Source: Monocercomonoides exilis PA203 (taxonomy: Eukaryota > Protista > Preaxostyla). From it: 64,000 bases of DNA. The stretch covers positions 1,674,001 through 1,738,000 of the forward strand of contig LSRY02000012.1 in NCBI GenBank assembly GCA_001643675.2, read 5' to 3'. Shown piece after piece: positions 58,326-64,000 of this stretch. Below the pieces are notes generated by a model. That model was not told where the DNA came from. It ran no database searches and saw only the letters and a list, made by a program, of their open reading frames with translations. The number at the start of each line of letters is the position of its first letter. Positions within the stretch are counted from its first letter, which is position 1. Position numbers and translations under genes: made by a program.

Positions 58326-58849
58326 ATTAATAGAAAGACAATTGGTTGTTGATCAATTTTGTAGGAAATAATAATCAGAAGTGCTCTCATTTCAAACAAT
58401 CTTTTGAAACGATTTGTTTCGGTAAAACTGTGCCTTGATATTGATGATTGGATTTTTAGTATTGACAGTTTTCTAATTCCAGAATACATTTCAGAAAGAA
58501 AAAACAACTTTTTTCTGCCTTTTGATGAGAAGAAGAAAGAGAAACATTTTTGTTTCAACGAATAAAATTTCATTTTTATTCCGAAATATTTTTCCTTCCA
58601 CTTTTTGTATGTTTCATTTTAAAAAAATAACAACAAATCATTCATTCAATTCAAATGAATAAACACAGTTGCTTCAAAACAAAACTTGCAACAAAACAAG
58701 AATCTCAAAAGCAACTTTTTCATCAGATTATTTTTTAATGTTTCACGTGAAGAAAATTTCAATGATTGAAAATTTGAAAACTGATGATGAGCTATTTGCC
58801 CTGTCAATAAGGGCAACTTAGACTTTGGAGAGAAATGAAACTATTCCGA

Positions 58850-59740
58850 TTGGCGCATTGACATTCACTAACTCCGATCTTCTTCATAACCATAATCATC
58901 TCAGTTGCTCGGAAAAGCCAGATTTTCATATTATGAAGCAGCGCATTTCCATTTTCATGAAGATATCCACTTTTCCATTTTCTTTATTTGCAGCTTCCTG
59001 TCTTAAGTTATGCTTAGTCTTCAGTTTCTCTTTGCTATTGATTCTGCCCCGATACAAATGCTTTTCCAATTTATCACCCACAAATCTTGAATCAAAATAA
59101 AAAAATGCAGAATTGATACACTCCACTTCTCTCCTCCTCTCTCTTTCCTCTTCTCATCAGCTTCTTCGAGTGTTCCTGTTCCAACAATTTGAACCCTATC
59201 CACATCATCCTCTCTTCCTGCCCAACTGATTCTGACTGAACTGTCATTCAGAACATCAGAAAAATCACCTCATGGAACAGCATGCTTGATTCAGTCATAA
59301 ATAGAGCACATTTAGAAACAGAGCTTTCTTTTTTTTCAACCTCATCTCACAACATGCACACATCCTCAGAAACAGAATAGAAAAAGAAATCTTCAGTGTT
59401 GCAAAGACCTTCACAAATCATTCCCATCAATGAAAATTTCCAACAACAAGAAAAGATCAATAACCAAAATAATACGCAAACAAAGAGAATAGCAGATGGA
59501 AAAACAAAGCAAATGATGCTCTATTTTCCTGTGATGAAGAGCGCTATGATTGAGAAAAGAACAATCGAACGCTTTAATGGCAGTTGTGAGTGAATGTTTG
59601 CAGATTGTTGAGGAAAGAGAACTTGGCTGCAAGAGAAGAAAGGCCACAAGCGGAAAAAGGAAGAGCAGCTGAAGAGGAAGGTGTACAGAATCCAGCAGAC
59701 GAAGAAACAGAAGCAGAAGAAGATGAGTTGAAATAGAATA
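58850..59740 (-). pseudogene. Possible decayed gene fragment, possibly of the surface-protein family
   Basis: Short minus-strand ORFs in shifting frames with coding-like composition; no firm motif. Confidence 0.25.
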
Positions 59741-60885
59741 TCATTTTACGCAGAAAATGTCAATCATGAAACTGAAAATGTTGTAATGAAACAGAGACCT
59801 TTTGAATTTCCCCTGTGTCAAATAATGGAAAAGTGGAAAACATATCACAAACAAAGCAAACCATGATTGTTGCACTCTCTTATAAAAAAAAATGAGTCAA
59901 AGCAGAAGATGAGAATCAATGAAGGAAAAAGGCAATAGTACATTAAAATTAACGAATTAATTTGATAATGATTGTCAATTTCAAAGGTAAGAGAATTTAG
60001 AATCCCATTTCACCAAATATTCTTTTGTTTTGAATTACGATCTTCTATTGAATTTCCAAACTAATTTGTTTTTATTGTCCCGCTTTCTATTTGGATTACA
60101 GCTTTCTTTTCTGAAAAGCACCAATTTGTTTCACTTCTTTTTCAAATTGACTTTTCAGTGAACTTGTTATCATCCCAATCACAGTAAAAGTTGAGAAAAG
60201 AAGCAAGAAGTCTTTTATCTCATTTCTTTACAAATTGTTGTTTGATCCCTTGTCATTTTCACCTCATTTTTCTCACCAAAAAAAGGTTTGAGTTTTTTTT
60301 TTTTGATTGCTGGATGTTTTGACTTTGAAAAGGCTTCACGCGCAGATATGTGCATCATGAATAGAAACATATTTATTGCTTGCACACAATAATTCGCGTC
60401 GAATATTTTTGTTAATTATGTTTCCTTATGAAGCATGTTTAAAAAAAAACATTCATCAGAAAGAATACCAAATTTGAAAATTTCTATTCACCTCAATCTG
60501 CTGTCGCAGTGAATAATTCTCGCAATTCAGTGATGTATTTTATGTGATGTACTCTCAATTTGCAGATAAATGTTTACGTTTGAAAAAGGTAATAATTATG
60601 ATCACAATTACCATAACTACAAACTTGAATTGTTGAATCATTGCTCTTCTTCTCTATTACTCGCCAAAAATACAACTACGCTATAAAGGATGGTATGAAC
60701 AATGAAATTGAAATGACTGTGGTCACTTTTCATTCAAATAACTTTTCAAATTGTTTTGTATTTTATCATGTGTGCATGATGATAATGATGCATTTTCTTG
60801 ATGGTTCACATTTGTTTTAAATGCAGGAGACGGATGTAACAAAAAGATTTTTGGGTTTGCAAGCAATGATGCTTTTGAATTTACG

Positions 60886-62241
60886 ATGGATAAATTTCTT
60901 TCTTTTCTTTCTGATTTTTTTGAAGTCTTGTTCGACGAATTGGGCCATTGCACTGAAATTGAGCAAAAACAGAAAATAAAGAAAATGAATAGACTGATCG
61001 ATGAGATGGACAAAAAAGAACTCCGTTTTACATTCACATTGGAGTATTTCGAAACAATCGACAAAATGATTGAAGAAAAGAAATTGACTTTTGACAATGC
61101 CATTTTGCTGATGAAGCATATTGGGTATTGGATAGCGCTGATCAATATGACAGTTTACGGCTTTTTCACTTCTTCGTTGTGCAAAAGAATTCAAGAGATG
61201 ATAATCATTGAAGAAAAATTAAAAGAAGGAAAGAATGAAAGCCTTCTTGTTGATCTTTGTGAATGCTATCTTTTGATTAACGATGTCAAATCATCGGAAT
61301 TGCTTTCAATTTGCGTGCCATGTCTTATGAAAGTCGCATTAAGGAAAGAGGATAGCAAGGACATTCAAGAAGAAGTGGAAATGGCTTTGATTTCTATAAA
61401 TAATATTAACGAATATAAAGTATAATTTTTCATCTCTTTTCAATTTTCCTTTTAAATTTTGATATTATTTCTGAAATAGTTCATAGAAAAAGAATTGTTT
61501 TTGAGCAATGTCACAGAAATTTTCCAGAATTATCAAGAGCATCGCAATCTGACACGACTTGCTTATCAATCAGCTTGGCAGTTTTTGGTCTTCAGACTTT
61601 GGTGCCATGGAAATTTGAGAGATGTTATTGTCAATGAGCTGCATTTTGCTAGAGAGGCAACAAGAGAATTGGAAGAGCTGATTGAGTGCGTGGATTGGAA
61701 GAGAAAAGAAGATGAAATGAGCAAAGAAGAAGCAAAAGCAGCGAGCATTGCGAAGAGATGGCTCGCAACACTGGCTTTTTTTTTTCAATCCTTCATATTG
61801 ATGAATGAAGAATTTATTTTGCTAATCTGCAGGATTGTTGAAGTGTTTAGGGTGGCAAAGGATAATTGCAGAGAAATATGCAATCGATGTATTGATTCAG
61901 TAATCTATGCAGCGGGAAACAGAGCAATGAAAGTTGAGTATTTGTTGAAAAGTGGAGCTGTTGATATTATTTTGAAGGAGATGCAGCATCAAACATTAAA
62001 TGCTAACATGGGGTACAATTACTGTTTATTTTTTTATTTTGTTTTACGCCGATTGAAAGAAGAAGAGAAAGAGGAAATTGTCAAAGTGAAAAGAAATGCA
62101 GCAAGAATGGAGACATTTGGAAAGATGGAAGAAGAAGGATACGAAGATTGCATTATCGGATTGCTGCTGTTAAACGCTGAGGAGATGATTAGAGATGGCT
62201 ATTTAATAACAAATGTTGAAGATCTTTTTGTGCGTCCATAA
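60886..62241 (+). CDS. Lineage-specific alpha-helical (ARM-like) expanded-family protein; 2 exons
   Basis: Exons 60886-61419 and 61480-62241 in phase 0. Motifs LLVDLCECY, ELLSICVPCL.KVAL, EVEMAL, HRNLTRLAYQSAWQFL and KMEEEGYED, typical of the large Monocercomonoides hypothetical-protein family (recalled). Confidence 0.8.
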
Positions 62242-62515
62242 AGCGAATGCTCTTTTCTATTCTATTCATCATTGAAATCTCAGAAAAATTATCAAAAGAA
62301 TGAATTTTGATTGAAATAAAGAATCAGAAGAGGCAGATGGCAGCAAATGAACTCAGAAAAAAAAATGAGAAAATGAAGAAAAAAGAAAAGACATCATCCT
62401 GAAATAAGATCTTCAACTTAACAACATGAATATTCAAGACAAATGGTGAATTCTTCATTCATTTCAATTTGTCTTCCCATTATCGTCTTCTTCATCTGCT
62501 TCTGCTTCAATCTCT

Positions 62516-62520
<5 letters not shown>

Positions 62521-62577
<57 letters not shown>
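62521..62577. repeat. 12-bp tandem repeat (ACTTTCACTCTC)n, about 5 copies
   Basis: Seen directly. Confidence 0.9.
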
Positions 62578-63439
62578 CGCATTGTATCAATCGACATTTC
62601 ATCAATGAATTCGTCGCCTTTTTCTTCTGTTAATTTTGTAATGTCACACAAACCAATTAATTCCAGCAAATCTCAAAATGTTTTGAAGAATCCTTCATCG
62701 CTTCGCTTTGGATGAAATATAACTACAATATTCACTATCACGTGTCTTCCACTTCTTCATTCTTATCGTCTATGTCTTCTTCTTCGCATCTTTATTCTAT
62801 TTTAAAAATGTTTCAATAAGAATGGAAACTCTTTTCTCGGATAAAATTATGTTCTATTTTTTTTGGGCAATACAGACAAAAGAAAGAAAAAACATTTTGA
62901 AACAAGATTTATATGAATTTCACAGACCAAAATTAACGAAACAAAAATAGAAAAAAGATGGACGAAGAGGAAGGGAAAGCTGATTTCTCCCTGAAGAGCC
63001 TAATGCATTCAATTTACGAGTTGTTTACTTCAAACTCAAAACGATGGTCCTTTTGAAGAGAACTATTTTGGAGATCAATAGAGACTTTTGCAGGAGCATC
63101 GATGAATGAAACAAGAGAGGACGGCAAACAACTTTAAAAAGTTGCACAGAGAAGGCAAGGAAATCCTGCAATAATCAACTGCCCATCCGAAAAATGGGAA
63201 AAGCTGCTTCACAAAAGTGAATTTTGTAATTCCCACAGCTTTAGCAACTGCCTTGAGAGCACAGGAAAAGGAAATAAAATCATATGTGAAGTTGACTACC
63301 AACATATCTTCCAGTCCAAAGCATCATGTTAATAAGGAGTGAATTGTTGGTTTTTTTGATTATTTTATTTATATTTATTTTTGTTCTTTTTATTTTTGAA
63401 AACCACAGTCAGAAGCATTTATTTCTTAACCTTATTGAT

Positions 63440-64000
63440 CTAGGAAATTCTTGAAAATCATGAAAATTCAAGGAAAAAAGAAGAAATAACAGGAAAAGCA
63501 TGAAAACAAAGCTCACGAGCATAGAAAGGAGCTGTTGGAAATTATCAATGAATGAAAGAAATGCGAATTCGGAAAGAATTTCAAAGAAAAAAGTGAAAGA
63601 AGAATATGTTATATTGAGATGACTTCAAACGTTGGAGAATTACTTTCTCTTCCTTTAATTTGAAAAAGAGGAATGTTCTGAGCTTTTGAACAACCTTGAG
63701 GAAACATTTCGAATAGCAAAGGAGAATAATAGAGAAATAAGCAAACTGTGCATTTATCCATTTATTGAAGCAGCAAAAAATAAAGTAACAGAAATTGATG
63801 ACTCTCCGATAAGTTTGCTGTTAATCTATATTTGAAGGAAATGAATCAATCAACTTTGAACAACAATATTGCATATCAATGCTTTGTGTTTTTAATAACA
63901 ATATCAAGACGATTGAATGAAGAGAAGAATGAAGCAAATGGAAAAGAGGCAAAAAGAAAATCTGCAAAATGGAATATGTTTGAGAAGATGGAGGAAGAAG
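63440..64000 (+). pseudogene. Decayed paralog of the 60886-62241 family; runs off the window end
   Basis: The end reads ..EMNQSTLNNNIAYQCFVF...RRLNEEKNEANGKEAKRKSAKWNMFEKMEEE, matching EMQHQTLNANMGYNYCLFF...RRLKEEEKEEIVKVKRNAARMETFGKMEEE. The upstream part has stops. Confidence 0.75.

Noticed and set aside
58797-58816. Small hairpin TGCCCT...AGGGCA
   Set aside because: A 6-7-bp stem is expected by chance in 64 kb.
1-64000. tRNA (including tRNA-Sec), rRNA or snRNA genes
   Set aside because: No cloverleaf or rRNA-like sequence was recognised by eye; tRNAscan-SE, Secmarker or Infernal would be needed to exclude them.

Overview
Eukaryotic, intron-containing, AT-rich protist DNA using the standard genetic code. 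The expanded gene families and low-complexity style strongly suggest the oxymonad Monocercomonoides (inference, not a database result). Gene-dense left half (1-43.5 kb): an unknown low-complexity protein with an apparent homopolymer frameshift, actin, a putative GPI-anchored papain-like pseudopeptidase, a METTL2/6-type tRNA m3C methyltransferase, a calmodulin-like protein, DUS1, an AAAP amino-acid transporter, SepSecS (selenocysteine synthase) head-to-head with CCDC81, a ~3,690-aa repeat-ectodomain receptor pseudokinase and an IQ-DH-PH RhoGEF. The right part (44-64 kb) is largely accessory or decaying: a Merlin/IS1595-type transposase relic, long foldback palindromes, fragments of unrelated genes (IQCH-like, Ser-rich, surface-protein) bracketed by an inverted repeat pair, an intact kinase-less surface-protein paralog, and one intact plus one decayed copy of a lineage-specific helical protein family. 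The most interesting signals are the foldback elements with possible gene capture, the modular receptor family with and without the pseudokinase, the Sec machinery, and unusual AAG and G-rich splice acceptors. All gene models and alignments were worked out by eye.
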